DNA of 64,000 bases from contig JBCBJQ010000021.1 of NCBI GenBank assembly GCA_038523235.1, positions 8,249 to 72,248 on the forward strand. The letters run 5' to 3'. The translations under genes and the position numbers were made by a program. This DNA comes from Cyanobacteria bacterium J06626_4 (lineage in GTDB: Bacteria; Cyanobacteriota; Cyanobacteriia; Phormidesmidales; Phormidesmidaceae). How positions within the stretch are numbered: the first letter of the stretch is position 1; the number at the start of each line of letters is the position of its first letter. The notes under the pieces are model-generated. The model ran no database searches and had not been told where the DNA came from. It saw only the letters and a program-made list of their open reading frames with translations. Shown in pieces: positions 20,700 through 32,023 of the stretch.

Positions 20700-22331
20700 T
20701 TGCCTACAGATCCGTTTGATGTGCTCGTGATCGGCAGCGGTGCGGCTGGACTTTATGCGGCGCTCTGCCTACCTGACACCTACCGTGTGGGCCTCATCAC
20801 CAAAGATGTGCTCAGTCAATCGGCCAGTGACTGGGCGCAGGGTGGCATTGCTGCCGCGATCGCGCCTGAAGATTCTCCCGTTTTGCACAAGCAAGATACG
20901 CTGCAGGCAGGCGCCGGACTGTGCGAGGCCGAAGCCGTTGAGCAGCTGGTCGAGCAAGGGGCTGACTGTATTAAATCGCTGGTCAACTTTGGTGTGCCCT
21001 TTGATCAAGACCAAGGCCAACTTGCCCTCACCTTAGAAGCGGCCCACTCTCGCAAACGTGTGTTGCACGCCGCTGATGCCACGGGGCGCGCTGTCGTCAG
21101 CACCCTGGCCGCTGCCGTGCGCCAGCGAGCAAACATCACGGTCTTTGAGCAAACGCTCGTGCTCGATCTGTGGCCTCGGGGCGATCGCGATCAGGGTGTC
21201 GCCGTCGTGCATCAGGGCAGGCTCGCCTGGTGGACTGCCGGGGCAATCGTGCTGGCGACCGGTGGGGGCGGCCAGGTATTTTCGCAAACCACTAATCCCA
21301 CCGGCAGCACCGGCGATGGCGTTGCGATGGCCTGGCGGGCCGGAGCACAGCTGCGCGATTTAGAGTTTTTTCAGTTTCATCCGACGGCGCTGAAAACCCC
21401 TGGCGCGCCTCGGTTCCTCATTAGTGAAGCCGTGCGGGGAGAAGGAGCGCACTTAATTGATGCCAAGGGTCATCGCTTTGCCTTCGACTATCATCCCCAA
21501 GGCGAACTTGCCCCGCGCGATGTCGTGAGTCGCGCCATCTACCGCCATTTGTTAGTCCGCGCGGCCGATGCTCCCGACTGCGTTTGGTTAGATTTGCGGC
21601 CCATCTCCCCCGAGCGAATTCAGTATCGCTTTCCCAACATCATCGCTGTTTGCCAACGCTGGGGCATCGATCCGCTGCAACAGCCGATTCCCGTCTCGCC
21701 CGCCGCCCACTACTGGATGGGGGGCGTCATCACCGATCGCGACAGCCAAACCTCGTTACCTCACCTCTACGCCGTTGGCGAAACCGCTAGCACTGGCGTC
21801 CATGGGGCCAATCGACTGGCCAGCAACTCACTGCTCGAATGCCTGGTCTATGGTCGTCAACTGCAGCATCTACAGCTCACCGCGCCGCCGCCCGCGCTGC
21901 CCACCCAGATCGCCGCTGCCGCCTTGCCGTCTGTATCCACTGCCGAAATCGCCACCCTCAGGCAGATACGCGCCGAGCTCCCCAACATCGTTTGGCAGGG
22001 TGCCGGCATTAGCCGGGAAGGCAAAACCTTGGCCACCGCCGCCGCTTCTGTTGCCCAACTGCGATCGCGCTTTGCTGAGCTGCCCATCACCCTGGCCATT
22101 ATCGACAGTCTGCAACACCCGACTCAGCCGACGCCCGCCGGCGATACCGAAACGCTGCGCCTCTGGTCAGAGACTCGCAACCTCTTGGACTTGGCTCACT
22201 TGATCCTCAAAAGTGCGGATTTTCGTCCAGAAAGCCGAGGTGGTCACTATCGCCATGACTTCCCGGAGACGGATGCGGCTTGGCAGGTGCATACCCTTGT
22301 GCAGGGCGATCGCTGGTGGAAATCGCAGTAA
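20700..22331 (+). CDS. nadB: L-aspartate oxidase
   Basis: GSGAAGL, SDWAQGGIAA, LEAAHSRKRVLHAADATG, QFHPT, LISEAVRGEG, ELAPRDVVSRAI, GVHGANRLASNSLLEC, ESRGGH. TTG start at 20700 after GAGG; the ORF extends to 20643. Confidence 0.96.
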   Translation: MPTDPFDVLVIGSGAAGLYAALCLPDTYRVGLITKDVLSQSASDWAQGGIAAAIAPEDSPVLHKQDTLQAGAGLCEAEAVEQLVEQGADCIKSLVNFGVPFDQDQGQLALTLEAAHSRKRVLHAADATGRAVVSTLAAAVRQRANITVFEQTLVLDLWPRGDRDQGVAVVHQGRLAWWTAGAIVLATGGGGQVFSQTTNPTGSTGDGVAMAWRAGAQLRDLEFFQFHPTALKTPGAPRFLISEAVRGEGAHLIDAKGHRFAFDYHPQGELAPRDVVSRAIYRHLLVRAADAPDCVWLDLRPISPERIQYRFPNIIAVCQRWGIDPLQQPIPVSPAAHYWMGGVITDRDSQTSLPHLYAVGETASTGVHGANRLASNSLLECLVYGRQLQHLQLTAPPPALPTQIAAAALPSVSTAEIATLRQIRAELPNIVWQGAGISREGKTLATAAASVAQLRSRFAELPITLAIIDSLQHPTQPTPAGDTETLRLWSETRNLLDLAHLILKSADFRPESRGGHYRHDFPETDAAWQVHTLVQGDRWWKSQ

Positions 22332-22468
22332 TCCAGCTGAATGCAGAATGCGGAAGTTGGAAGTCGGAATTTCAAGGCCCATCAGAGACTCATTGCCACC
22401 ATCTGAGTGACTTGATCCAAGTGCCGCTGGCTATCGACCGCTGGTCAAGCCGTCTGGTGTGACGGCGG

Positions 22469-24163
22469 CTATTCTTCTGCGGTGTCGCCCACAGACTGAT
22501 CATCATTGAGGGCCTGGTCAAGCAGGTCTGGCGGCAGATCGCGAATTAGACTCAACGGCATCAGCGGCGATCGCGCCACAGTGTCTTGGACAAACTGAGA
22601 CGTCAGCGCTGCATCATACCTTAGGTCTTGTCTCAAATGCCGCTGGAAGAATGCCAGACTCAGGTTTTGGAGGTAATCTTGGGCGAGGTCTGGGCGGTCA
22701 CCGAGCAGGGCCAGCGGCACCGGAATCGAGGCTTCGGCATCAGAATTCCAATCGATTACAGAAAAGTGGGTCGTACCACTGACTAAGGCTAAATAGCGAT
22801 ACTCGTTTTGCAGCCACGTAAACGGTTCAATCTGCTCGGGCAGAGCGGGGGCGACCGTGTCACCAGTGGCAGCCATAATCATCACCGGCACCTGCAATTG
22901 CCCAAAGCCGGAAGCACCAAAAATGCCGCTACCCACCGGATTAACCACAAAGATGGCTTTGACGCGATCGTCCTGCAGAGGCGGGGGGTTAATGGCGACG
23001 CTATCGGCCTCACACTGCAGCAGCAAAGAAGGATTGAGGTAAATCGGCTGAGGGACACAGGCTGCCCCAAGGGCCTCCGCATCATAAGTTGCCCCGGCCA
23101 GCGCGAGGGCCGTGTAGCCGCCAAAGGACTGACCAATGAGACCGACGTTGCGCGTGTCTAACCGAAACCGAAATCGCAGATCGCGACTGGCAAACCGTTG
23201 AATCTCATCCAACAGAGCTGAAACGTCGGCGGGCCGGTCTAAGAACTCTCGACTCTCAATGATATTGGGGGAAAGCCCCGCTAAGACCTGGGCAATTTGG
23301 GCGCTGTTGCTGCCGGGATGATCGAGGGTGGCGACGGCAAAGCCGCGGCTGGCCAAAAAGGTGGCGACGTACTCATAGCTTTCTCGCTGATCTCCCAATC
23401 CGTGGGAGATCACGATCACGGGAATTTCAGCCGGTAGTGACTGCCCTGGACGTCGGGGTTGAGGCAAAAAAAGCGTCGCCTGGACGGCACGAAAAGGTAA
23501 GTTTAAGGGCTCAGTGGCCACGGCAAATTCAGGCAAATCGTAGACTAGCTGCCGGGTTGAGGAAAGATCGCTGATTGGGCTAACCAGAGCGGCTTCTTGG
23601 GCAAGTGCTTGCACCAGGGCGATCGCTCGTTCAGAGTCCCCCAGCTTATCGGTGACGGTCGTCGCAATTTCCAGTCCTTTGCCTAGATCAATGCGAATAG
23701 CGGGAGTGGGATACTTCTTAAGGAAATTCAGAATGGTCAAACCGTTCTCGTCATCAGCGGCAGCCAAGATCAACCCGCCGCGAATGGCCTTAAACCCCGA
23801 TTGCCGAGTGGGAGTTTGAATTACCTCACCGATGAACTCCAGCAGCGTTGTGCCCTGGGTGCTATACAAAAACCGAGAGACATCGACTTCGCTGATGTCA
23901 GCTCTTTGACTGAGCACCGTCTCAATGGTCATCAACTCGGACTCGGTGAGCTCTAAGGTCGCAGCATATTCGGAAAGCTGCCGACTCAAGCCTTCCCCAT
24001 TGGCAAAGGCTTCGAGATCGGTGATCGCCACCGTGCGCTCAAAAAAACCGTAGGTAAAGATAATTTCTTCGGCGCTACGAACCGGTAACGCCGTTGCCAT
24101 GAGCCCCAAACCCGTTAACGCGATCGCCTGGGCTAATCGGCGACAGAGCCCGCGCCTTGACAT
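22469..24163 (-). CDS. Alpha/beta hydrolase with N-terminal DUF1400-type domain
   Basis: Signal peptide then AEEIIFTYG; VISHGLG, DHPGS, GQSFGGYT nucleophile elbow, GTTHFS. Start uncertain. Confidence 0.85.
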   Translation of the reverse strand: MSRRGLCRRLAQAIALTGLGLMATALPVRSAEEIIFTYGFFERTVAITDLEAFANGEGLSRQLSEYAATLELTESELMTIETVLSQRADISEVDVSRFLYSTQGTTLLEFIGEVIQTPTRQSGFKAIRGGLILAAADDENGLTILNFLKKYPTPAIRIDLGKGLEIATTVTDKLGDSERAIALVQALAQEAALVSPISDLSSTRQLVYDLPEFAVATEPLNLPFRAVQATLFLPQPRRPGQSLPAEIPVIVISHGLGDQRESYEYVATFLASRGFAVATLDHPGSNSAQIAQVLAGLSPNIIESREFLDRPADVSALLDEIQRFASRDLRFRFRLDTRNVGLIGQSFGGYTALALAGATYDAEALGAACVPQPIYLNPSLLLQCEADSVAINPPPLQDDRVKAIFVVNPVGSGIFGASGFGQLQVPVMIMAATGDTVAPALPEQIEPFTWLQNEYRYLALVSGTTHFSVIDWNSDAEASIPVPLALLGDRPDLAQDYLQNLSLAFFQRHLRQDLRYDAALTSQFVQDTVARSPLMPLSLIRDLPPDLLDQALNDDQSVGDTAEE

Positions 24164-24277
24164 TGGCCTCAAAAATCCCAAATCATGCATAGCTGTAGAA
24201 GAGAGACTAATCCAGCGTTCCCATCTGGCGGGAGTTGTTCCCCTCAAGTAGAGCAGATTACGCTGGCCATGAGGCAG

Positions 24278-24766
24278 CTACACACCGCGTGGGGCTGACT
24301 CCTGAAGTAAAGACTCTAAAAATCCCTCGCAGGCATCCATCAACAAGTCAATCACATAGCGAAAGCCTGCTTCCCCACCGTAGTAGGGATCGGGCACCTC
24401 AGTATCGGGATGATGACGACAAAAGTCGCAAATCTTACGTACTTTGTGCTGATAGTGCCCTTGCGGATCTAAACGCAAAATATCGCGATAGTTGGCATCG
24501 TCCATGGCCAAAATCCAATCAAAGCTGGCGAGATCAACGGCCTCTAGCTGCCGTGCCTGTCCCTTTAAGGTGATTCCCTGCAGCTGGGCTGCTTGTGCCA
24601 TGCGTCGATCAGGCGGACTCCCAATGTGATAGCTCGACGTGCCCGCTGAGTCACAGCTAATTTCATCAGTAAGCTCACGGGCTTGCAGCAGGTGTTGCAT
24701 GATGTTTTCTGCCGAGGGTGAACGACAAATATTGCCGAGGCAGACAAACAACAATCGGGTTGTCAT
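24278..24766 (-). CDS. Low-molecular-weight protein-tyrosine phosphatase
   Basis: LFVCLGNICRSP, DSAGT, VPDPYYGG. Confidence 0.94.
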   Translation of the reverse strand: MTTRLLFVCLGNICRSPSAENIMQHLLQARELTDEISCDSAGTSSYHIGSPPDRRMAQAAQLQGITLKGQARQLEAVDLASFDWILAMDDANYRDILRLDPQGHYQHKVRKICDFCRHHPDTEVPDPYYGGEAGFRYVIDLLMDACEGFLESLLQESAPRGV

Positions 24767-24895
24767 AGTGCGTGACCCACAGTTAAACCAAATTTAGGAG
24801 ATGACAGTAATATTTTTTACCGTCTTTAACAGCCCCGCTACTGCAGAGCTGGAGCATTCAAGCGAGCCGCAGGCCAGCTAAGGCGATCTACTTGC

Positions 24896-25243
24896 CTAAC
24901 CGAGGTTGGGCAGATTGAGACCGCCGGTGAGGCCTTCCATCCGCTCTCGCATGGTTTCGGTTGATTTTTGGTAAGCATCTTGCATGGCCGCCCCGACGAG
25001 ATCAGCGAGCACCTCTGCACCTTCATTCATGGCGTCCGGTGAGATCTCGACCCGGCGCGGTTCTTGGTTGCCACTGACGAAAACTTTAACTAAGCCGCCG
25101 CCCGATTGACCTTCGATTTCCATCGCTTCGAGGTCTTCTTGCAGCTGCTTCGCACCCTCCTGAATCTGTTGGGCTTTTTTCACAGCATCGGCAAGCTCTT
25201 TCATCTTGCCGAGACCAAATCCAAATCCTTGCCCTTGAGACAT
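24896..25243 (-). CDS. YbaB/EbfC nucleoid-associated protein
   Basis: [54 protein letters not shown]. Confidence 0.92.
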   Translation of the reverse strand: MSQGQGFGFGLGKMKELADAVKKAQQIQEGAKQLQEDLEAMEIEGQSGGGLVKVFVSGNQEPRRVEISPDAMNEGAEVLADLVGAAMQDAYQKSTETMRERMEGLTGGLNLPNLG

Positions 25244-25439
25244 TGCGGTTCTCTCTCTTACGACTGAGTGCATTGAAAAGCAATTTGATTCTACAGTGCT
25301 TTGCTGAGTTTCACGGCGGGGGGGAAACCGTCTCAGCGATCGCTGATTCCGTCTATGCCGCCCTCAAACCAATCGCGGCAGTTCGTACGGGCCAAGCATG
25401 GTATCCCTCCGGCAGACTGGGATATCTGCTGGTCAGGGT

Positions 25440-26264
25440 TTAGTGAGTCACCTCAGAGATCGACGTCGTCGCTTCGGTGGACGCTGCCGGAGCGCCATCA
25501 GCAAACAAAAATGACAGCGGGTAGCTCATGTTTTCGGCAAAGCCCAAAATGCCGCGATCGCGATGCTCGTATAGCAGTTGCCCCGCAGCGTCGAACAAAA
25601 AGGTGCCGCCACGTTGGGTCATATATCGCGCATCGGGTACATAGGTGCCCCACTTGCCCAGCACCTCGGTCATATTGCGTAGGCGCAGGGTGGCAAGTTC
25701 AAAGGGCCGTTGCCAGCCGCGGCCTCCGGCCCGCTGAAAAAATGATCCTTTCAGGGGGGGTAGGGGCGTATCGTCAATTACGACGTCATCATCGATCAGC
25801 TGGGGGGCCGTGCGATCGCCGGTGTAGCCGCGCAGCACTTCGCGCAGGGTGCCCGGACTGGCAATACCGGCACACATCAGCATCAGGTTTACCCAGGCGG
25901 TCTGGCTAGGCTTAAGGCCGGGCCAGTTGACCGACAACCCTTCATACAAGTCCAGTTCACGATGCAGCGTCGCCGTCGGATCCACAAACAGCGCCTCTGC
26001 CGGAAAGCCGGTGAACTGGGCGAACTGTTGGCCCGCCGCGCGATCGCCAATGCCGATCGCTCGCACAATGATGCCCGCGGCCTGCAACCTGGCCCAGTCG
26101 CGTCGCAGCCACCAGGCATATTCCAAGCTGTCAAAGTCTCCCAGTTGCGACCAGACCAACAGCAGCACTCGCGAAGCGGGCTCTGCCGTTGGCCATACCG
26201 GGGCGAGCGCCCCATCGCTGACCCGTTGCCGCTGCGTTTGATGCAGCTGTTCGTAGACGTTCAT
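25440..26264 (-). CDS. Peroxiredoxin-like (AhpC/TSA_2) family protein
   Basis: QLGDFDSLEYA, MCAGIASPGTLREVLRGYTGD, RPFELATLRLRNM, TQRGGTFLF. Confidence 0.8.
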   Translation of the reverse strand: MNVYEQLHQTQRQRVSDGALAPVWPTAEPASRVLLLVWSQLGDFDSLEYAWWLRRDWARLQAAGIIVRAIGIGDRAAGQQFAQFTGFPAEALFVDPTATLHRELDLYEGLSVNWPGLKPSQTAWVNLMLMCAGIASPGTLREVLRGYTGDRTAPQLIDDDVVIDDTPLPPLKGSFFQRAGGRGWQRPFELATLRLRNMTEVLGKWGTYVPDARYMTQRGGTFLFDAAGQLLYEHRDRGILGFAENMSYPLSFLFADGAPAASTEATTSISEVTH

Positions 26265-26337
26265 AGCTCAGCTCCAAACAGGTTGAATTAAAGACGCCCC
26301 AAGCAAAAAGCAAGCCACCATTGATTTGGCGGCTCCA

Positions 26338-27093
26338 TCAAAAGCGCTTACGTGCCACAAACAGATAGTTCTGACAAATCATCGGTAGCAGCCAGCCCAG
26401 CCCCCGGTCAAGCTGATTGTAAGCCGTGGCGATTGCGGGGCCGAACCGCTCATCGCGCAGCGCTGACGACTGCCACATATTGCGGGGCAGCAGCGCGTAG
26501 CGCCCCATCTCCAGCAGGTCAAACTGAGCGGCCTGCATCAAGGCGCGAATATCGGCGGCGGTGAACAGATAGGGGTGCGAAAATCGCTGGGTGAACCGAG
26601 CCAAAAACTCAATCCAGCTATATCGATTGGGAAAGTGATAGCACAGGAAGCAGCCCCCCGGTTTGAGAATACGGTGAATCTCCTGCAGGCTGGCGATTTC
26701 TTGACCGCCGGTTTCGCGCACATGCTCTAACACCCCGACGGAGACGACCGCATCGAAAGTGCCGTCTGCAAAGGGCAGTTCCACCGGAGCAGTAGGACTG
26801 CCCTGCTGATAGTGATAGGTGACAGGCGGCAGATTTTGGCAAAACAAAGGATAGTTACTAAAGCCAAAGCCGCTGGGCTGATAGCCTGCTTGCGCCAAAA
26901 AATAAGAGAAATGCCCAGAGCCGGTGCCCCAATCCAACACCTGGCTGCCGGGCTGGACGTACCGACGCATCAGGTTATAAAGCCTGAGATATTGGTAGGC
27001 ACTCACATAGGTCGCAAATTGTAAGGACTTATGGTCGTGTCCATAGCGGCTAACGAGGTTTTGAAGAATTTGCTGGGGGCTAACGCTGTCCAT
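26338..27093 (-). CDS. Class I SAM-dependent methyltransferase
   Basis: VLDWGTGSG, LPFADGTFDAVVSVGVLEHV, RILKPGG. Confidence 0.88.
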   Translation of the reverse strand: MDSVSPQQILQNLVSRYGHDHKSLQFATYVSAYQYLRLYNLMRRYVQPGSQVLDWGTGSGHFSYFLAQAGYQPSGFGFSNYPLFCQNLPPVTYHYQQGSPTAPVELPFADGTFDAVVSVGVLEHVRETGGQEIASLQEIHRILKPGGCFLCYHFPNRYSWIEFLARFTQRFSHPYLFTAADIRALMQAAQFDLLEMGRYALLPRNMWQSSALRDERFGPAIATAYNQLDRGLGWLLPMICQNYLFVARKRF

Positions 27094-27253
27094 TCTGCTC
27101 AGTTGACGCACTCAATACACACCACGCTGCAACGATCAGGGCTACCTAGCGGGCACCCACAATCCACAGCTCTCAATGGTACGCGCCTGTGACCATCAGC
27201 TTATCCTGCCATTGTGACAACAACGGATGAGCTGACGGTCAAGAGACTAGCGC

Positions 27254-28456
27254 TCAGGGGCGATCGCGCGGGGTGGATGCCGACGAAGTCGCCGTGGCCG
27301 GGGTCGTAATGCGAGGCAACCGGTGCTTAAAGCTGCATAAAATTTCCCAAGATATCGTGCCGGTCAAGGTGGCCCACTGGTCAGCGGTGAGCGTTTCTGA
27401 ACCCTCTCGGCCCAACAGCGTGACCACACTGCCCTCTTGTAGATTGGGCACCTGAGTCACGTCGATCATCATCTGATCCATCGTAATTGCGCCGATTTGC
27501 GCCACCCGCTGCCCCTGTATCAGCACCGACATTTGGTTCGACAAGGCGCGGGGCACGCCGTCGGCATAGCCAATGCCCACCACCGCGATTTGCATCGGTT
27601 GGGTGGCAACAAAGCTGTGACCATAGCTCACCCCCGTGCCGGGCTGAATGGTCTTGATATGGGTAATGCGGGCTTTGACCTGCATCACCGGTTTGAGCGA
27701 TAGGGTCGATTGCAAATGGGGGGCCGGATACAGGCCATAGAGGGCGAGGCCAACCCGCACCAGGTCGTAGTGTAAGTCGGGATAGCCGAGCGTCGCCGCT
27801 GAGTTAGCCAGGTGATGCTGGGGCTGGACTAGGTTCTGACCGGCAATTTGAGCGATCGCGGTTTCGTAGCGCTGCTGCTGCTGGCGCAAAACGGTGGAGT
27901 CAGGGTCATCGGCAGTCGCCAGATGAGAGTAAACACTGGCGATCTGCAAATGGGGGAGTCGCTGCACAAACTGCACAAACTCAGGCGCTTGTGACCAGTG
28001 GAAGCCCAAGCGCGACATGCCGGTGTCAATTTTGAGATGCACCGGTAGGGGAGAGCCTGAACGTTGTCCCAGCGCTTCCGAAAAAATCAGGGCTTGTTTG
28101 GGAGAGACTAGCGTCGGCTGCAGCTGCCAGCGGGCGATCGCCCCCACCTCTTCAGCGCTATTAACGGCTCCCATGATCAAAATGGGCGCGTCAATCCCGG
28201 CTTCTCGGAGTTCTACGCCTTCTGGTACGGTCGCCACCCCCAGCCAGCTAGCTCCGGACGATAAGGCCGTTTGTGCCACCGCGATCGCCCCGTGACCATA
28301 GGCATCAGCTTTGACCACGGCCATCAACGCGGTCTTTTTGCCCAAATGCTGTGTCAGCTGTTGAACGTTGTGCTGCAAAGCGCCCAAATCGATCTCCACC
28401 CAGGCCCGACAGCGCCGCATCGTCGCCAGAGCCGGCGTTTGATCCCAACTCAACAT
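27254..28456 (-). CDS. alr: Alanine racemase
   Basis: RAWVEIDL, AVVKADAYGHG (PLP lysine), HLKIDTGMSRLG, SHLATAD, GYADG. Confidence 0.97.
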   Translation of the reverse strand: MLSWDQTPALATMRRCRAWVEIDLGALQHNVQQLTQHLGKKTALMAVVKADAYGHGAIAVAQTALSSGASWLGVATVPEGVELREAGIDAPILIMGAVNSAEEVGAIARWQLQPTLVSPKQALIFSEALGQRSGSPLPVHLKIDTGMSRLGFHWSQAPEFVQFVQRLPHLQIASVYSHLATADDPDSTVLRQQQQRYETAIAQIAGQNLVQPQHHLANSAATLGYPDLHYDLVRVGLALYGLYPAPHLQSTLSLKPVMQVKARITHIKTIQPGTGVSYGHSFVATQPMQIAVVGIGYADGVPRALSNQMSVLIQGQRVAQIGAITMDQMMIDVTQVPNLQEGSVVTLLGREGSETLTADQWATLTGTISWEILCSFKHRLPRITTPATATSSASTPRDRP

Positions 28457-29421
28457 GTCTCATCTCTCCTTGACCACGCCACAAGTTGAGCCAATTGTGC
28501 ATCAACTCAGGTGATTTCCCAGAAAGAATTTATCCCTGACCGGCTGCTTGGGGCTGTCGCTCGCGTTGGCGGAGCCATGCCAACGGCATTCGCTCAACAC
28601 ACTGCAGTCTGCGGCTCTTTACTTCCCGGACAACGCTTGAGGACACATGATCCATGCCAAAGCCGAAACCTGCCTTCATTACCGCAAAATGGTTCGTGCT
28701 AACATCGAAACTCAACTTGAGGCATGTTCAGCTCAAACGCCCGAGTCACAGCAGCTAGCCCGCTAGGAGACGGTTAGCGCTCAGGCTAGTAGACTGCGGG
28801 GTGATTTCACCAACCATTGCCGATGGCTAGGGCGCCGTGGGAGCAGGAGGCCAGAGAACTGAAATAGTTGTCTTACTGCTGTCGTGGAGTACTAGGAAGA
28901 TTCAGGACCCTGAAGGGTGTTGAGGCGATCGTCGGCCCTCATAGAGCCATTCATCGCCTTCATCTATTAACTTTTGGAATTGCCTTAAAAGTTCGACAAA
29001 TGGCTTTAGGCTATCGGCTTTACGGACACCCAAATAGATCTGTCCTAGTCAATCAAGAGACCGGCATAACGGGTCAGTTTCACAGCCAATAAATTTCGTA
29101 GGATCATCGCTTAGACTGATCAAAAGTGGAGTCTGATTGCTAGCGGCTCGGATACTCAAAATGCATCCCGTCAGGCGAGGAATCCGCCCTAGCTTTTGTG
29201 ATCGCAGAATGGTACGTTTAAGTTTTGTGAATGCAGTCTCGACGCAGCGATCTCCCCGAAGCATAGGCCGGATGGATGCTTTGACAGTGCACGAAGGAGC
29301 TACTTCTTTGCCTCGCCCGTTCAGGCACTCAATGGCATCAAATGAGTTGGGCGCAGCGTTCATAATATGCGACGTTTTTGCAGCAGTTGTTTTGGATTTT
29401 AGTGAAGACAGATAAAACTCT

Positions 29422-30531
29422 ATGGAAGACGTGATCAAAAAGTCAGATTTCAACTTGTCGCCCTACATGAAGAGCAACGATCTTCGAGCGACTTATCAGC
29501 TTTTAAACACTCTGGTACCCTACGTCTTTCTATGGTTTTTGGCCGTCAAGGCGGCGACGATTTCGGTCTTTTTATTGCCGCCGATTATTGCGCTGCTGGT
29601 GTTGTTTTCACTGCGCTGCTTTTCGCTCATGCATGACTGCGGCCACTATGCGCTCTTTCGCTCCAAGAAAGTCAATCGGGTAGCCGGGTTTGTGCTGGGT
29701 TTGGTCAACGCCATCCCTCAACATTGGTGGTCGCGCGACCATGCGTATCACCACAAAACCAACGGCGACTGGGAACGCTATCGCAGTATCGGCGACTTTC
29801 TATCTACCGATGAGTTTGCCCAGCTGAGTCCGTTTGACCAAAAGCTCTATGGCATCTTGCGGCAGCCTTGGATGGTATTTCCGGGCGGTTTCTTTTACTT
29901 AGCGTTCAAGCCCAGACTGATTCTCATGGCCGAAACCTACAGTTTTTTGAGGCACTCCGGGCGCCATCTCAAGCAACGTGGTTTTACGGGGCTCTCACCC
30001 ATCGTGGCGACCTACAAACCCAAAAACTGGTCTACAGCGGGTGAGTTTTGGGATGTGTTGCTCAATAATATTTTTGTGGTCGGTGGCTGGATTATCCTTT
30101 GTCGCTGGCTCGGTACGGCCTTCTTTCTAGGCACTTACTCCCTCGTCTTGATGTTCTCAGCGGCTATCTTTATCTGTGTCTTTTTTGTGCAGCATAATTT
30201 TGAGGGCGCCTACGCCCACGGCACAGACGGCTGGGATTATCTGCAGGGCGCGATCGCCGGTAGCAGCTACCTCGACATTCCAGAAATTTTCAAATGGTTT
30301 ACGGCAGACATTAGTTACCACAGCATCCACCATCTGTCAGAGCGGATTCCTAACTACAATCTGCGCGCCTGCCACGAAAAAAATCGTCACCTGCTATCTG
30401 CGGTCAAAACGATTCGCTTCCAAGACATGCCCGCCTGTTCAAAGCTAATCCTCTGGGATGCTCAGGCCAACCGTCTCGTTTCGATTCAAAACTTTCAACG
30501 GCAAACCGCCTCGGCACGCAGCTATGTTTAA
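29422..30531 (+). CDS. Membrane fatty acid desaturase family protein
   Basis: Three His boxes HDCGH, HAYHH, HSIHH; FFVQHNF; TM segments. Confidence 0.88.
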   Translation: MEDVIKKSDFNLSPYMKSNDLRATYQLLNTLVPYVFLWFLAVKAATISVFLLPPIIALLVLFSLRCFSLMHDCGHYALFRSKKVNRVAGFVLGLVNAIPQHWWSRDHAYHHKTNGDWERYRSIGDFLSTDEFAQLSPFDQKLYGILRQPWMVFPGGFFYLAFKPRLILMAETYSFLRHSGRHLKQRGFTGLSPIVATYKPKNWSTAGEFWDVLLNNIFVVGGWIILCRWLGTAFFLGTYSLVLMFSAAIFICVFFVQHNFEGAYAHGTDGWDYLQGAIAGSSYLDIPEIFKWFTADISYHSIHHLSERIPNYNLRACHEKNRHLLSAVKTIRFQDMPACSKLILWDAQANRLVSIQNFQRQTASARSYV

Positions 30532-30781
30532 GGAGTTGGCAATAGTTGAGCCACGTCGTTGGGCCGCAACCTCAGTTCGTCAGAATTAGAGGGCGATCGC
30601 TGGGTGTTGACATGGCCAAGATGCTCACTCAACATTTGGCTGTCTGGCAGTGCTTTTTAAGGTGCAGAGTCGGGTGAATTATTGCGATCCTTTCGGTCTC
30701 TTAAATGAATTCTTCCAGTGGATGCGAACTCGATCTACAATCATTAGAGACTTGATTAATTAATGTTAAGGGTTTCTCTCA

Positions 30782-31768
30782 ATGTTTGTGTCTTACGCCC
30801 TCGGGTTGGTTGTTCTGTTGTTAGTGGTGGGGCTTGTCCTGTACTTAGCTACCGCCCGCAGCTACAAATCTTCCAAAACCGTAGCTAACTCTTACGACCA
30901 GTGGACCCAAGATGGAATTTTGGAGTTCTATTGGGGCGAGCATATTCACTTGGGGCACTATGGGTCGCCGCCTCGCTCAAGAGACTTCTTGAAGGCTAAG
31001 TCAGACTTTGTGCATGAGATGGTGCGATGGGGCGGGCTCGATACGCTACCTCGCGGTACTACGGTGTTGGATGTCGGCTGTGGGATTGGTGGCAGCAGCC
31101 GAATTTTGGCTCGCGACTACGGATTTTCTACCATGGGCATCACTATTAGCCCTGGGCAGGTACGCCGCGCGACGGAACTGACGCCCCCAGAACTCACGGC
31201 TAAATTTCAGGTGGACGATGCCCTGGCGCTATCATTTCCCGACAATAGCTTTGATGTGGTGTGGTCGATTGAGGCCGGGCCTCACATGCCCGACAAGGAA
31301 AAGTACGGCGCCGAGATGTTGCGCGTGCTCAAGCCGGGCGGCATTTTGGTCGTGGCAGACTGGAACCAGCGTGACGATCGCCGCAAGCCCCTAAATTGGT
31401 GGGAGAAGCCGGTGATGCGCCAGCTATTAGACCAGTGGTCGCATCCTTCTTTCTCTAGTATTGAAGGGTTTTCGGAGCAGCTAGAGGCCACCGGTTTGGT
31501 GGAAGGCGAAGTGGTCACCGCCGACTGGACTCAGGAGACTCTGCCATCTTGGCTCGCTTCGATTTGGCAAGGCGTGGTGCGGCCCAAGGGCTTACTGATG
31601 TTTGGCGTCTCGGGATTTTTCAAGTCACTCCGGGAAGTGCCCACGTTGGTGCTCATGCGCATCGCTTTTGGGGCTGGATTATGCCGTTTTGGCATGTTTA
31701 AGGCCCGCAAGTCCGTCAATGTATCGCCCTCCCGTGAGGCCTCTCAAAATGAGGCGCTACGCGCTTAG
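30782..31768 (+). CDS. MPBQ/MSBQ methyltransferase-like protein (tocopherol/plastoquinone; sll0418 type)
   Basis: VANSYDQWTQDGILEFYWGEHIHLGHY, VLDVGCGIGGS, WSIEAGPHMPDK, ADWNQRDDR. Confidence 0.85.
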   Translation: MFVSYALGLVVLLLVVGLVLYLATARSYKSSKTVANSYDQWTQDGILEFYWGEHIHLGHYGSPPRSRDFLKAKSDFVHEMVRWGGLDTLPRGTTVLDVGCGIGGSSRILARDYGFSTMGITISPGQVRRATELTPPELTAKFQVDDALALSFPDNSFDVVWSIEAGPHMPDKEKYGAEMLRVLKPGGILVVADWNQRDDRRKPLNWWEKPVMRQLLDQWSHPSFSSIEGFSEQLEATGLVEGEVVTADWTQETLPSWLASIWQGVVRPKGLLMFGVSGFFKSLREVPTLVLMRIAFGAGLCRFGMFKARKSVNVSPSREASQNEALRA

Positions 31769-31794
31769 ATCGGCATTTATCTGCCTTAAATTGA

Positions 31795-31837
31795 GAGCTC
31801 TGCCGCCGGTTGATCATCAATTCTGAGGCAGAGCTTT
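31795..31837 (+). terminator. Hairpin after the methyltransferase gene
   Basis: AGCTCTGCC...GGCAGAGCT followed by TT. Confidence 0.4.
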
Positions 31838-32023
31838 CCGTCCTTTAAAGCCCCTTTGAGCCTCGGCATCACCGAGAAAATAGCGCTACAGTCAATTTAG
31901 GGCGCGTCATCCATTAAGCCCAGTAGTCCTGAAGGGCAAGTGTTATCGCATTTATAGAAAGGATTTGATCGCTAAATGATGACAGCCCCTAAACCTGTTG
32001 ATTTAATTTTTTGATATTCGTTC

